NCBI GenBank assembly: GCA_964447495.1
Contig: CAYUTF010000023.1
Span: 1 to 39,163 of the forward strand
Direction: 5' to 3'
Source of the DNA: an uncultured archaeon
Lineage (GTDB): Archaea > Asgardarchaeota > Lokiarchaeia > Sigyniarchaeales > SOKP01
Length of the DNA: 39,163 bases
Numbering within the stretch: the first letter of the stretch is position 1; the number at the start of each line of letters is the position of its first letter. The notes beneath the pieces were generated by a model. The model searched no databases and was not told the origin of the DNA. It saw only the letters and a program-made list of their open reading frames with translations. A program made the translations under genes and the position numbers. Below are positions 17,880 to 29,066 of this stretch, piece by piece.

Positions 17880-19193
17880 TTGAAGATGGCTAATAATTTC
17901 TTAACAGGAAGAGAATATTTAAGAAGAAAAAAGCTAAGAGAAAAAAAGAAACTGATCTCAGTTGCTTTGGGTTTTCCAGATCTAATTTTTGCTGCAGGAG
18001 GAATTCCTGTATTTCCAATAAGACTAGAATCTTTTAAATTAAATACATTTTTAACAGCATTAAATTCAGCAACTAGTGTATTAGGGTGGAGTTTAACATC
18101 AAAATTTCTAGATTTTGCTAGACAGTTTGATATATTAAAAATAGTTGATAAAATATTAGAGGATGTAATAACCTCGATCAATCAAAAATATAATCAAATG
18201 TATGATCTTGGTATACAGAATGGAGTATCTTCTGATTTGTGTTATGGAATTTATGCTCTTTATGGAATGCATAAAGAAAGGAAACAAATTGATGCGAACC
18301 TAAATTTTGCTATGAGATGTGGCGAATGGAATAAAATATCTGAATCCTTTAAATCAATTGTTCCTAATCAAATTTGGATAGATATCCCTCCAAACAATTT
18401 AAAGAATAGTAATGAACGCTTAGCATTAATGGTGACTAATGTTAACAAGGCAATAGATGAGTTAGAAGAAATAACAGGAAATGTAGTATCTGATAATAGT
18501 CTTAATAAACAATTTCGGATTGGAAATCAAGTTAAACGGTTCTACAATACTATTTTATATGAAATTAGTTCTTCAAACTTTTATCCTTGTAATCCCGCAA
18601 CTTTTGCTGAAATTTTAGCCTTATTAACAATTACATTCCAGGATTATAATTCAAATGCCCAGCGTTTCTTAGAAAACATGAGTCATCTTGTAAAAGAAAT
18701 GCGAGAGCGAATAAGAAAAGGAATAGGGATGGATGTTTCTACCATGCCAAAACTACTTTTTTCTCCAATGTACAGTGGCTGGGAGCCAGAAATACATGAA
18801 ATTATTTATAAATTGGGGGGAAGGATATTATATGCAGATTGGGAGATCTTAGGGTTACTTGAGGAAATACCCGTTTCAAAGGATAATGATCCAATCGAAA
18901 TTTATTCCCAATTCTTATTAGATGCTTCTACCAAAGGTATTGGCTGCGATAGAGAGAATTTAACAAACTCATATCTTAATGCTGCTAAAAAGTTAAATGT
19001 GGATGGATTAATCTTCAATCAAGTTTATGGATGTCCTTCCATATCAAACATTTATGATAATCTTAAAAAAAGAATTGAATCGGAATTAAAGTTACCCGCA
19101 ATTGGAATAAAATTCAAGAAGATTGGAGAAAATATTGATCAAATAGAAAATCGCTTGAAACCTTTCATGCAAGATCTAAGAAAAGCAGAATGA
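17880..19193 (+). CDS. 2-hydroxyacyl-CoA dehydratase / benzoyl-CoA reductase-type (HgdA/B, FldB/C family) Fe-S subunit
   Basis: PDLIFAAGGIP, three spaced Cys (DLCY, MRCG, YGCP), LEEITG, VDGLIF; frame is open upstream to 17781. Confidence 0.75.
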   Translation: MKMANNFLTGREYLRRKKLREKKKLISVALGFPDLIFAAGGIPVFPIRLESFKLNTFLTALNSATSVLGWSLTSKFLDFARQFDILKIVDKILEDVITSINQKYNQMYDLGIQNGVSSDLCYGIYALYGMHKERKQIDANLNFAMRCGEWNKISESFKSIVPNQIWIDIPPNNLKNSNERLALMVTNVNKAIDELEEITGNVVSDNSLNKQFRIGNQVKRFYNTILYEISSSNFYPCNPATFAEILALLTITFQDYNSNAQRFLENMSHLVKEMRERIRKGIGMDVSTMPKLLFSPMYSGWEPEIHEIIYKLGGRILYADWEILGLLEEIPVSKDNDPIEIYSQFLLDASTKGIGCDRENLTNSYLNAAKKLNVDGLIFNQVYGCPSISNIYDNLKKRIESELKLPAIGIKFKKIGENIDQIENRLKPFMQDLRKAE

Positions 19194-19211
19194 TTATATT
19201 CTCATTTACTC

Positions 19212-19781
19212 TTATTTTTTGAATAAATCAGAAGGTCTCATAAGGTGTGGTTCATCTTCTTCATCTTTTTTCTTTTTCTTTGGAACATACCCAAAAACTT
19301 CAGATTTTTCACTTGAATCTGATGGATTAGGTGGCGTTAAATTTATTGCAGCGGTTATAGGTTCAGGTTGTTGTCCAACAGGGACTTTTTCAAGGGTACT
19401 TGAAGTTTGAGATGTGATACTAGTACCTGTAGCTGCTTTTAACACTTTAAGTTCACTTAACACTTTTTCTAAATTCATACTTTGAACGCTCTTATTCATT
19501 GTATCCATTATCTCTTGAAGCGATTTTGAAGTTTCTCTTAATCCTTTGGGGTTGATTCCTGTAAGTAATGAATCTAAGTTATTATTAATATTATCATTTA
19601 ATTCCTTTAATGATTCTAAGACAGTAGACCAATGTTTGTTCATCTGAGATTCAATAGCACTAATCATACGGATTGTTTCATTCATGAAATTGACATGGGC
19701 TTCATAACGTTCTTCATCTTTAGCTCTCAAATCAGAAATAAGCATAATTAGTTTTCGAAGAGCATCTTTTTCTTCACTCAT
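19212..19781 (-). CDS. Hypothetical protein: coiled coil plus disordered tail
   Basis: 189-aa ORF with heptad-like N-half and Ser/Thr/Pro-rich, charged C-terminus. Confidence 0.7.
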   Translation of the reverse strand: MSEEKDALRKLIMLISDLRAKDEERYEAHVNFMNETIRMISAIESQMNKHWSTVLESLKELNDNINNNLDSLLTGINPKGLRETSKSLQEIMDTMNKSVQSMNLEKVLSELKVLKAATGTSITSQTSSTLEKVPVGQQPEPITAAINLTPPNPSDSSEKSEVFGYVPKKKKKDEEDEPHLMRPSDLFKK

Positions 19782-19967
19782 TTTTAAACCTATTCTATAG
19801 TTATTTCTTTATATTATTATGATTATTTAATAATTTATATATATTCATTTTAGACTTTTTAATGGTAATAGAATATTTTTTTGATTAGCAGAAGTTCTTA
19901 GTAGAAGAAAATTTATTTTATAAAGAAAGATAGATAAATAATATTATTCAAAACATGAAAATAGGTT

Positions 19968-21476
19968 ATGCAAAATAAAATTATGAAAACTAAATGTAAT
20001 ATCAAAAATAATCATCCTTTAATATTTGAAATAAATACATATCCGTGGCTTAAAACCCTTTCGGAAATATTTGGTCATCCTATTAATTTACACAATATCC
20101 CTATTGAATTAATTGATCAAGAATTGACAGCATTTGATGCAATATGGTGTATGGGCGTATGGGAAAGAAGTCCAAAAGGGAGAGACATTGCCATAAATGA
20201 TAAAGGTTTACAAAAAGAATATGAAAAAGCATTAAGGTATTATAATACTGAGGACGTTATCGGTTCACCATATTCCGTTTATTATTATCATGTTAGCTCT
20301 CAAATGGGTGGGTCTGAAGGATTGGAGTCATTTCGAAATGATTTAGCTGAAAGGAATATCTCTTTAATTTTAGATTATGTTCCAAATCATGTTGCAATAG
20401 ATCATCTTTGGACATTAGAAAAATCGGATGTATTTATTAAAGGTACATTGGAAGATCTGATGCAAAAACCATTTGAATACTTCTCTGTAGGGAAGGATAT
20501 ATATGCAAATGGGCGTGATCCTAACTTTCCTTCATGGACAGATACTGTACAGATTAATGCATTTTCCCCTGAAGCCCGTGAGAAAGCAATAAATACGTTA
20601 TTAACCATTGCAAAACAATGTGATGGCGTTCGTTGTGATATGGCAATGCTGATGACTAATAAAGTATTTAAAAAAACGTGGGGAGATAAAGCGGGTACAG
20701 AACCAGAAATAGAATTTTGGGAAGTAATAATACCGGCTATTAAAGATAAATTTCCCGATTTTAAATTCATCGCTGAAGTGTACTGGGATATGGAATGGGA
20801 GCTAATACAGCAAGGTTTTGATTTTTGTTATGATAAGAGACTATATGAAAGATTAGCTAATGAGAACGCCGAAAAAGTGCTGGAACATCTTCAGGCAGAT
20901 TGGGATTATCAAAAAAAGCTAGTTCGGTTTATTGAAAATCATGATGAACCCAGAGCTGTCTCTGTTTTTGGTGAAGAGGCGTCCAAAGCTGCGGCGATGA
21001 TTGCATTAACCCTTCCGGGAGCAAAATTGATTTATGAAGGGCAGATGAGAGGTTATGAGACTAAATTACCAGTTCAATTAGGGAGAAATCCTACTGAAGA
21101 TGACAACTTAGATATTATGGAGTTCTACGAAAAATTATTGAAAGCAATACCGGGAAAAGAATTTAATAACGGGCAATGGTCATTATGTAAATCCCTTCAA
21201 GTTGGTGAAGATAACCATTCTAATAAAAATATAATTGCTTATCAGTGGTGGAATGACACAAAACGTCGAATAATAATTGTAAACTATAGTTTAAGATTCT
21301 CTAAAGCACACATTCAAATTGAGGGGATAAATTATGGGAATTCGAAATGGCGATTTACTGATTTGATAACACAGGCACAATACTCATATTTTGGTGATAA
21401 CCTTAGTAAAAATGGTCTATATGTTGAATTAAACCCATGGAAGGGTCAAATCTTTAAAATTGAAAAAATCAATTGA
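19968..21476 (+). CDS. Alpha-amylase family (GH13) glycoside hydrolase
   Basis: Conserved regions LDYVPNH, DGVRCDMA, FIAEVYW, FIENHDE. Confidence 0.9.
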   Translation: MQNKIMKTKCNIKNNHPLIFEINTYPWLKTLSEIFGHPINLHNIPIELIDQELTAFDAIWCMGVWERSPKGRDIAINDKGLQKEYEKALRYYNTEDVIGSPYSVYYYHVSSQMGGSEGLESFRNDLAERNISLILDYVPNHVAIDHLWTLEKSDVFIKGTLEDLMQKPFEYFSVGKDIYANGRDPNFPSWTDTVQINAFSPEAREKAINTLLTIAKQCDGVRCDMAMLMTNKVFKKTWGDKAGTEPEIEFWEVIIPAIKDKFPDFKFIAEVYWDMEWELIQQGFDFCYDKRLYERLANENAEKVLEHLQADWDYQKKLVRFIENHDEPRAVSVFGEEASKAAAMIALTLPGAKLIYEGQMRGYETKLPVQLGRNPTEDDNLDIMEFYEKLLKAIPGKEFNNGQWSLCKSLQVGEDNHSNKNIIAYQWWNDTKRRIIIVNYSLRFSKAHIQIEGINYGNSKWRFTDLITQAQYSYFGDNLSKNGLYVELNPWKGQIFKIEKIN

Positions 21477-21481
21477 TTATA

Positions 21482-23338
21482 TTAATGAACAGTTACGGTT
21501 TTTGCTAAATTCAGAGGTTGATCAGGGTCCAAATTATTTTTCAAGGCAGCATAATAAGATAACAATTGCAAGGCTGGAATAAAGGTAATTGGACTAATAA
21601 TGTTATAATACTTGTTAGCTGGTTGTGGAATCCTAATTGTTTTATCACTCAGATTAGTAATAATTTTATCTGAATCAACCACTACAGAAATGATTTTACC
21701 GCCCCTTGCTTTAAATTCCATCACATTTCCAACTAATCTTTGATATGTTTCATCAGGTGGAGCTATGAAGATAATTGGAAAACCTTTTCTAACTAATGAG
21801 ATTGGGCCATGTTTTGCATGTGCTGCTGAATATCCCTCGATAAATCTACAAGCAACTTCTTTTAATTTTAAGCCCCCTTCTTTTGCGGTAGCAATTGAAA
21901 TACCTCGAGCAAGATAGAAAAAGTTGGAGCTTTGATCAAGACTATCTACAATATCTTTAAGGTTTTTAACATTGTTTTTTAAATAATTCTCAATAATATC
22001 AGGAGAGGATTTTATTGCATCATAATACTTATCGATCTCTTGATCAGGTATAACTTTCCTATACTTGGCAATTTCCAAAGCGATTAACCCCAGGGTGAGA
22101 ACTTGAGTACAATATGTTTTAGTAGCAGCAACACCTATTTCGGGACCTGCTTGAGTAACAATCGTTTCATCTGAATATCTCGTTAATGAGGAACCAACAA
22201 CATTAGTTATACATAAAAGGGTTATCTTCTTCTTTAACTTTTCTTTTGCCCATCTAACTGCCTCAATAAGATCAATTGTCTCTCCAGATTGAGAAACAGC
22301 TATAATTACTGAATCTTCTTGTAACGCATCGTCTAATTCTGTTTGGAATTCTGAACATTCAATTGCATGGATATATTTTCTTAAAAATTTTGTAATTATG
22401 TATTTACCCGCTAATGATGCATAAAATGAAGTTCCAGCGGCGGTTATATAGATATTTTTTGCGGACCAGAGAATTTTTGCAAAGGTTTGTAATTTTTCTC
22501 TTGATATTTTCAAAGTTCGTCTTAATGCTGAAGGTTCTTCAAATATTTCTTTGAGCATGAAATGTTCATAACCCCCTTTTTCAGCAGCATCTATATTCCA
22601 TTCAATAGTCATTAGTTCTTTTTCTAAAGGCGTTTTTGAATCTTTTAGATTAAAAAATTCTACAGAACCAGCTTTTAAAATAGCCATTTCATTATCTTCT
22701 AAAATATAGCAGTTACGTGTATAGGGAAGAAATGCGGGTATATCTGATGCACAATAAGTAGTCTTTCCCTTTTCAATTCCAATAACTAATGGCGACTCTT
22801 TTCTTACAGCAATAATCATATCAGGATGGTCAGCATGACATATTACCACTCCATATGCTCCAATGCACTGATTTATTGCTTTTACAACAGCTTCTTCAAA
22901 TTTAAGTCCTTGGTTTATATAACTTTCAATAAGGTGTGGAATCACTTCCGTATCCGTCTCAGATTTAAACACATGACCCTCTTTTTTCAATTTTTCTTTT
23001 AGTTCTAAGAAATTTTCTAAGATACCATTATGAATCACAGCAATTTTATTACTACAATCTGTATGGGGATGGCTATTTATTTTCGTCGGAGGTCCATGAG
23101 TAGCCCATCTAGTATGTGCTAATGCTAACTTCGAACCAGTTGGAAACTCATCTAATTTAAGTTTTTTATTGATCTCATCAATTTTACCAGCGTCTTTTTT
23201 AATAAATAATTGCGAATCATATTGTGCCACAATGCCACATGAGTCATATCCTCTATATTCTAAACGTTTGATACCTTCAAGAGCGAACTTCCCAATGGCA
23301 AGATCTTGATTAGTAATTATACCGAAAATTCCACACAT
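21482..23338 (-). CDS. glmS: Glutamine-fructose-6-phosphate transaminase (isomerizing)
   Basis: MCGIFG, LEYRGYDS, HTRWATHG, HNG, SQSGET, LKLKE, KHGP, LAKTVTV. Confidence 0.96.
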   Translation of the reverse strand: MCGIFGIITNQDLAIGKFALEGIKRLEYRGYDSCGIVAQYDSQLFIKKDAGKIDEINKKLKLDEFPTGSKLALAHTRWATHGPPTKINSHPHTDCSNKIAVIHNGILENFLELKEKLKKEGHVFKSETDTEVIPHLIESYINQGLKFEEAVVKAINQCIGAYGVVICHADHPDMIIAVRKESPLVIGIEKGKTTYCASDIPAFLPYTRNCYILEDNEMAILKAGSVEFFNLKDSKTPLEKELMTIEWNIDAAEKGGYEHFMLKEIFEEPSALRRTLKISREKLQTFAKILWSAKNIYITAAGTSFYASLAGKYIITKFLRKYIHAIECSEFQTELDDALQEDSVIIAVSQSGETIDLIEAVRWAKEKLKKKITLLCITNVVGSSLTRYSDETIVTQAGPEIGVAATKTYCTQVLTLGLIALEIAKYRKVIPDQEIDKYYDAIKSSPDIIENYLKNNVKNLKDIVDSLDQSSNFFYLARGISIATAKEGGLKLKEVACRFIEGYSAAHAKHGPISLVRKGFPIIFIAPPDETYQRLVGNVMEFKARGGKIISVVVDSDKIITNLSDKTIRIPQPANKYYNIISPITFIPALQLLSYYAALKNNLDPDQPLNLAKTVTVH

Positions 23339-23533
23339 TTGAATGCCACTTTCTTCTATTTACTCAAAATAACTTTTTTATTTCAATTTTAATAATGTGA
23401 ATAAATTAAAAAATAATGGTACTTATTTGAAGATTATCTTAGATTTATTCAAAACAAAAATCAGAAGTTTATTTCTTTCTGTTATTTGAAAATCCTATTG
23501 AATTACTGAAGAATACTTTAAAAAGGGTTCATA

Positions 23534-24646
23534 TTGGACGAAAAAGAAAAATTAAGTGAGAATGACACCTTAGGACGGCTTACTCAAAAGGAAATTTATG
23601 AAATACCCTCTGCGTTACATAATGTTATAGCCCAGAAAGATTGGATACGAAATGTTGCTAAACAAATTTCTAATCGATCAATAAATCATATTTACTTAAT
23701 TGGAGCAGGAAGTTCATATCATGCGGGATTTGCAATTTCTTATATGTTTAATAGAATAACCAAAATACCAACGTTTAGTGAATTTTCTATGGAGTTTCAG
23801 TATTTAATTAAACCTATTCTAAAAAAAGAAGATTGCGTTATTGGTATTTCTCAAAGTGGTGAGACGAAGGATACTATTGAATCTCTAAAATTAGCGAAAA
23901 AGATAGGTTGCTTAACTATTGGCATTACAAATAATCCGAACTCAACTCTTGCAAAGAATAGTGCTATTACCTTAGAATTAAGATGTGGTGAAGAAAAATC
24001 AGTTTTAGCGACTAAAACATATATCGCTGAGCTAACTGTTTTAGTTATATTATCTCTAGAGCTTGCAAGAGAAAAAAGAGCTGTTTCTAATGAGGAATAC
24101 AACAGAATTTGGGTGGAGTTAATAGGAATACCTGATAAAATTCATTCAATATTACCAGATTTGCACTCTGAAGTAAAAGAATATTCTTCATTTTTTAAAG
24201 CTACAAAATTTTGCTTCATCATAGGTAGTGGTCCTGATTTTGCAACTGCAATGGAAGCTGCATTAAAGTTAAAAGAAGGAGCACGTATCTTCGGACAAGC
24301 ATATTCCACAGCAGAATTCCCTCATGGGCCTATAACATTAGCAGATTCAGATACTTGCATATTAGCAATAATTCCACATGAAGATGATAAAAGAAAAAAA
24401 CATTTAATGAATCTTTTAAAGAGATTAAGAGAAAGGAATGCAAAGATATTAGCAGTATATGAATCAATAGATTCGAAACATGTACCAGAATCAATTGATT
24501 TCGGAATCCAAGTCCCTAATACCTATATGGATTTACAGCCTTTAATAATGATTATTGCAATTCAACTATTAACTCTAGAGATCGCCAGAATAAATGGTTT
24601 AAATCCGGATGAACCAAAGTTTCTAACAAAAATAAGTAATCTATAA
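23534..24646 (+). CDS. Double-SIS-domain sugar-phosphate isomerase/deaminase (GlmD/AgaS-like)
   Basis: GAGSS, SQSGET, ATKTY, EAALKLKE, EFPHGP; no glutaminase domain. Confidence 0.85.
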   Translation: MDEKEKLSENDTLGRLTQKEIYEIPSALHNVIAQKDWIRNVAKQISNRSINHIYLIGAGSSYHAGFAISYMFNRITKIPTFSEFSMEFQYLIKPILKKEDCVIGISQSGETKDTIESLKLAKKIGCLTIGITNNPNSTLAKNSAITLELRCGEEKSVLATKTYIAELTVLVILSLELAREKRAVSNEEYNRIWVELIGIPDKIHSILPDLHSEVKEYSSFFKATKFCFIIGSGPDFATAMEAALKLKEGARIFGQAYSTAEFPHGPITLADSDTCILAIIPHEDDKRKKHLMNLLKRLRERNAKILAVYESIDSKHVPESIDFGIQVPNTYMDLQPLIMIIAIQLLTLEIARINGLNPDEPKFLTKISNL

Positions 24647-24668
24647 TGAAATTATCATCATCTACCCA

Positions 24669-26099
24669 TTAAGGATAAATAATATCTAGCTGCATCATTT
24701 TCTCTTTAGCTAACTTATTTAAAGAAATTGTCGAGTCTAAATCTTTATTAGATTCACCAGATATCCTTAAATAAGGGCTTGTTCCGGAACGTCTAATCAA
24801 TATCCAACCACCATCATAATCGAAACGACATCCATCCAGTTGATTAATCTTTCTAATATCCTTTCCCATACTCTCAAATACTTTCTTCATCGCATCAATG
24901 ATATTTGAATTCATAGTTTCATTGAAGGGAATATCCCTTTTTAATTTGAATTTCTCGGCGTAATACGGATATTTTGGAATATCTTTTAATAATTCACTTA
25001 AATTCTTTCCTGAAGAGATGATCATTTGTAATACTTTTGCAATAGTAATTATTGAGTCCGGTCCATAATGAAATCGAGGCCAAATATATGTACCTGAAGT
25101 TTCTCCTCCCAGAAAACCTCCATGATTCTTTAATGCGATTGCAACTTTGATATCACCTACTTCTGTTCGAAGAACTTCACAACCCAATGGATTTAACACA
25201 TCTTCTAGTAAGCTGGATGAGTTTATTGGAGTTGAAACCTTCATATCTTTTTTAGAAAGCTTTTCTTTATTCTCTTCAATATAGCGTTTTGCCATGAGCG
25301 TTAATAATCTTATAGGGTCAACAATCTCGCCCTTATCATCTAAAAAAATAACTCGATCGGCATCCCCATCCAAAGCAATACCAATGTCCTCTTGAGGGGA
25401 AATTTTTAAAAATTTGGAAATTTGTTCTAAATTTTCTTTGCTTGGTTCAGAGGCTCTCCCTGGAAACCTACCATCCATTTGAGAATTAATCGTTACAATA
25501 TTTATATTGTATTTTGTAAGTAGTTTAGGCACAATTTCACAACCAGAACCATTACCCGGATCAACAATGATATTTAGTTCACTACCATCAAAAATAATTC
25601 GATTAGTAATATCTAAAATATGAATATCATTTATATCATTCACATGAGTGACTTTTCCAATCTCATACCATTGAGTTTTGGCATAAGCTTTTTCATTGTA
25701 AATCCTTTCAATCTCCTCTTCTTGCTCAGGAGAGAACCCTAATCCCGAAGGATTCCATAATTTCAAGCCTATATACTCAGGTGTATTATGTGATGCGGTA
25801 ATCATCACAGCAGCATCGGCATTTAAATAACGGGAAGACATAGCTAATGTGGGAGTTGTAACAATTCCTAGTGTCTTAACTGTGCATCCAGTACTTACTA
25901 ACCCCGAAACTAGCGCATATTCGATTGGCAACGCAGAAGTCCTAATATCAATGCCAATTACTACTGTTCCCCCATTCAAATAAGTACCTAACGCTAAGCC
26001 TACTTCTAAAGCCATCTGCGGAGTAAACATCAAATCTGATTCGGAATAATTCTGAAATACTCGCCTTATACCGGAAGTTCCAAATATATTACTTGTCAT
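24669..26099 (-). CDS. glmM: Phosphoglucosamine mutase / phosphohexomutase
   Basis: FGTSGIR, ITASHN, DGDADR, GGETSG, RRSGTSP; adjacent to glmS. Confidence 0.8.
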   Translation of the reverse strand: MTSNIFGTSGIRRVFQNYSESDLMFTPQMALEVGLALGTYLNGGTVVIGIDIRTSALPIEYALVSGLVSTGCTVKTLGIVTTPTLAMSSRYLNADAAVMITASHNTPEYIGLKLWNPSGLGFSPEQEEEIERIYNEKAYAKTQWYEIGKVTHVNDINDIHILDITNRIIFDGSELNIIVDPGNGSGCEIVPKLLTKYNINIVTINSQMDGRFPGRASEPSKENLEQISKFLKISPQEDIGIALDGDADRVIFLDDKGEIVDPIRLLTLMAKRYIEENKEKLSKKDMKVSTPINSSSLLEDVLNPLGCEVLRTEVGDIKVAIALKNHGGFLGGETSGTYIWPRFHYGPDSIITIAKVLQMIISSGKNLSELLKDIPKYPYYAEKFKLKRDIPFNETMNSNIIDAMKKVFESMGKDIRKINQLDGCRFDYDGGWILIRRSGTSPYLRISGESNKDLDSTISLNKLAKEKMMQLDIIYP

Positions 26100-26291
26100 C
26101 TAAATTCTTCAGAAAAATAATTTTGATAATCTAAGATTTTACTTTTGATAACGTTAATATAGAGAAAAAAATACAACATCCATATTAAATTTAATTTAAG
26201 GTCTATTTCTCAATGAGTTACATTTTTAGAAATTTTAATTTAAACCTAATCATTTAATTAGATATTATTCATAATTTGAAGGCTGAACATA

Positions 26292-27770
26292 TTGAATATA
26301 GAAAAGTTTGAGTTAATCTATAAAGATAATCGAAGCAAAATTCAAGATAAATTAAAAATAGCAAAACGGTTAGAAGAAATTTTAGGAGTTAATAACTATT
26401 CATCGAAGGAGATCGACTTAATGGCTTATTCAAGAGATGCTACAATGCTAGCGATTAATTGGACAATAGAAGGTAAACTAGCTGCATTACCCGACTTTAT
26501 CACATGGCCTGATAATTGCGCTCAAATTTCTAATATTTTAAAACTTGCTAATGAAGAACATATTCCAGTTATCCCTTACGCTGAAGGATCATCTGTTGTA
26601 GGGGGTTCTATTCCGATTAATGGCGGAATAATTATTGATATGAAAAAGTTCAATAAAATTCTGAATATTAACGACGAGAACTTAAGTGTCACTGTCCAAG
26701 CAGGGATAAATGGTATGAATTTAGAACGATATTTAAATGCAAAGGGTTATACTTCAGGACATATCCCCCAATCTCTATATATATCTTCATTAGGAGGGTG
26801 GATATCCCATAAAGCTGCTGGTCAATTCTCCACCAAATATGGTAAGATTGAGGATATTGTTCTTGGTTTCGAAGTGATATTACCAAACGGCGAACTACTT
26901 GATTTTAAAGCAATTCCAAGAAACTCAACAGGACCACAATTTGACAAATTATTTATTGGAGGAGAAGGTACATTAGGAATTATTACCCAAGCAACCTTAA
27001 AAATATGGCCTAAACCAGAGAAGAGAAGTTCCATTTCTTATTCCTTTCCTACAATCGAAGATTCTTTTTCTGCTACCAGAAGCATATTACGAGAGTATAT
27101 TTTTCCTGCGGTTATTAGAATTTATGATGAATTTGAAACAGATAGACATTTTGAGCATGTTAAGAATGCAAAAGGGAGAGTTATGGTTGTATTCGTATGC
27201 GAAGGAAATGGAAAATTAGTTGATTTAGAAGAAGAAATTACTAGGAAGAAATGTGAAGAAAATAATGGTATGGATTGTGGAGAACAACCTGTAGAGCATT
27301 GGTTTGAAACAAGGTTTAGAGTTACTGAAACGTCCTCAATGCCACCATATAAAATAATATTTGATACTATTGAAGTTGCTTCATTATGGGATAAAGCGGC
27401 AAATATATATCACACCGTCTTAAAATATATGAATGACCTAAAAGGAGTTCTCATGATTACTGCACATATCTCCCACTTTTACCCTAACGGTGTAGGAATC
27501 TACTTTACATGGGGAGGAATACCACCTAAAGGAACTTCCGAATTAAAATTTTATCAGGAAGGATGGGATACAGTTATAAAAGCTGTTGTTGATGCCGGAG
27601 GTTCTATTGCACATCATCATGGAATTGGAATTAATCGATCTCATTGGATGGAAAAAGAATGGGGTACTTCTATGAAATATTTATCAGAAATAAAGAACCT
27701 TTTGGACCCTAATAACATTTTGAATCCGGGAAAAGTTTATACTAACGTATGGAAAAGAGGTGAAGAATAA
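26292..27770 (+). CDS. FAD-linked oxidoreductase (VAO/GlcD fold), alkyl-DHAP-synthase-like subfamily
   Basis: GHIPQS...SLGGW...AGQFSTKYGKIED, GGEGTLGIIT, HISHFY, IAHHHGIG, DPNNILNPGK. Confidence 0.85.
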   Translation: MNIEKFELIYKDNRSKIQDKLKIAKRLEEILGVNNYSSKEIDLMAYSRDATMLAINWTIEGKLAALPDFITWPDNCAQISNILKLANEEHIPVIPYAEGSSVVGGSIPINGGIIIDMKKFNKILNINDENLSVTVQAGINGMNLERYLNAKGYTSGHIPQSLYISSLGGWISHKAAGQFSTKYGKIEDIVLGFEVILPNGELLDFKAIPRNSTGPQFDKLFIGGEGTLGIITQATLKIWPKPEKRSSISYSFPTIEDSFSATRSILREYIFPAVIRIYDEFETDRHFEHVKNAKGRVMVVFVCEGNGKLVDLEEEITRKKCEENNGMDCGEQPVEHWFETRFRVTETSSMPPYKIIFDTIEVASLWDKAANIYHTVLKYMNDLKGVLMITAHISHFYPNGVGIYFTWGGIPPKGTSELKFYQEGWDTVIKAVVDAGGSIAHHHGIGINRSHWMEKEWGTSMKYLSEIKNLLDPNNILNPGKVYTNVWKRGEE

Positions 27771-29045
27771 ATGGGTGTCTTTGAAACATTAAATAAGTAT
27801 AAATGGATGATTCCCCTCATAAATAAAGCGGATAGAGAAACTAAATCTACTTTAATGAAAAATTTTAGGAAAAAAAAAGATAATTTTTACCCCGAAGGGG
27901 AATATAAGGCGAATGTTGATGATTTAATTAAATGTATGCTTTGCCCAAATATGTGCAGATTTGATTGTGGAACACTTCAAGCAACTCACACTGAGACCAT
28001 GAGTCCAGCATACAAAGCAAGAATAGGATACTACATTACCATAGGGAAACTCGATCCAACAAAAGAGGAGAATAAAGATTTTGTAGATCTTATGTATAAA
28101 TGTAGCAATGAAGAAAATTGTAAAGTGTGGTGTCCCTTTGGATTTTCTGTTGTTTCTCTTCTTGAAACTGTAAGGGATGATTTAAATGACAAAGATTTAA
28201 TGCCTGAATATTGTAAAGAACAAATAGAGAAATTAAAAAAGACGAATACCATCGAAGATTATAATATTTATAAAACATATAAAGAAAAAGGCGTTGAGAA
28301 CATCGAAACGGATGGGAATGATGAGGTCTTTTATTTTATTGGATGTGAGATGATGAAGTTTCCCGAAGTGGTAAAGGCAAATATCGCAATATTGAAAAAG
28401 GCAGGCATTAAATTTTCAACTAATTTAGAAAAAAGAGTCTGTTGCGGGGGACCCGCTTTTAATATTCGGGATTTGAACGTTGCTAAAGGATTTGCCGAAA
28501 AAAATGAGGAGCTTTTTAAGAGTTCGGGGGCAAGCATAATCCTCTCTGATTGTCCTGGTTGTGTATTGACATTAACCAAGCGTTATGATAGCATTGGAAT
28601 TAATATCGATAGGAAAATTATTCATATTACTCAATTCATTAAAGAATTGATTGATAAAGGTAAATTAAAACCAAAAGATGAAATTCCTAATGATCTGAAA
28701 GTTGTCGCTATTCATGATCCTTGCCTTATTGCACGGAATTTAAATGACATTACTTCAATAAGAGCTATTTTGGAAAGTATTCCGGGACTAGAAATTAAAG
28801 AACCAATGTATACTAAAGAATATGTCCATTGTTGTGGTTGGAGTGGTACCGCTCATTGGGCAGATAAAGATATTTCTATAAAGGAAGCTACAATTAGAGT
28901 AAATGAATTAAAAGAAACTTCAGCACATGTTTTTGTTTCAGCATGTCCCCTCTGTGAGTTAGGGTTAAATTATGGTCTTTCAAAAGAAGATAAAGAAAAA
29001 ATTAAAATAAAAGATATATCTGAATTATTAATTAAAAGTCTATAA
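27771..29045 (+). CDS. Fe-S oxidoreductase with CCG domains (GlpC/GlcF/HdrD-like)
   Basis: CxxCPxxC and CxxxxxCxxxCP clusters; CCG twice, HDPC, ACPLC; abuts upstream gene (TAA-ATG). Confidence 0.85.
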   Translation: MGVFETLNKYKWMIPLINKADRETKSTLMKNFRKKKDNFYPEGEYKANVDDLIKCMLCPNMCRFDCGTLQATHTETMSPAYKARIGYYITIGKLDPTKEENKDFVDLMYKCSNEENCKVWCPFGFSVVSLLETVRDDLNDKDLMPEYCKEQIEKLKKTNTIEDYNIYKTYKEKGVENIETDGNDEVFYFIGCEMMKFPEVVKANIAILKKAGIKFSTNLEKRVCCGGPAFNIRDLNVAKGFAEKNEELFKSSGASIILSDCPGCVLTLTKRYDSIGINIDRKIIHITQFIKELIDKGKLKPKDEIPNDLKVVAIHDPCLIARNLNDITSIRAILESIPGLEIKEPMYTKEYVHCCGWSGTAHWADKDISIKEATIRVNELKETSAHVFVSACPLCELGLNYGLSKEDKEKIKIKDISELLIKSL

Positions 29046-29066
29046 TTAAAAATATGATGTGATTTT

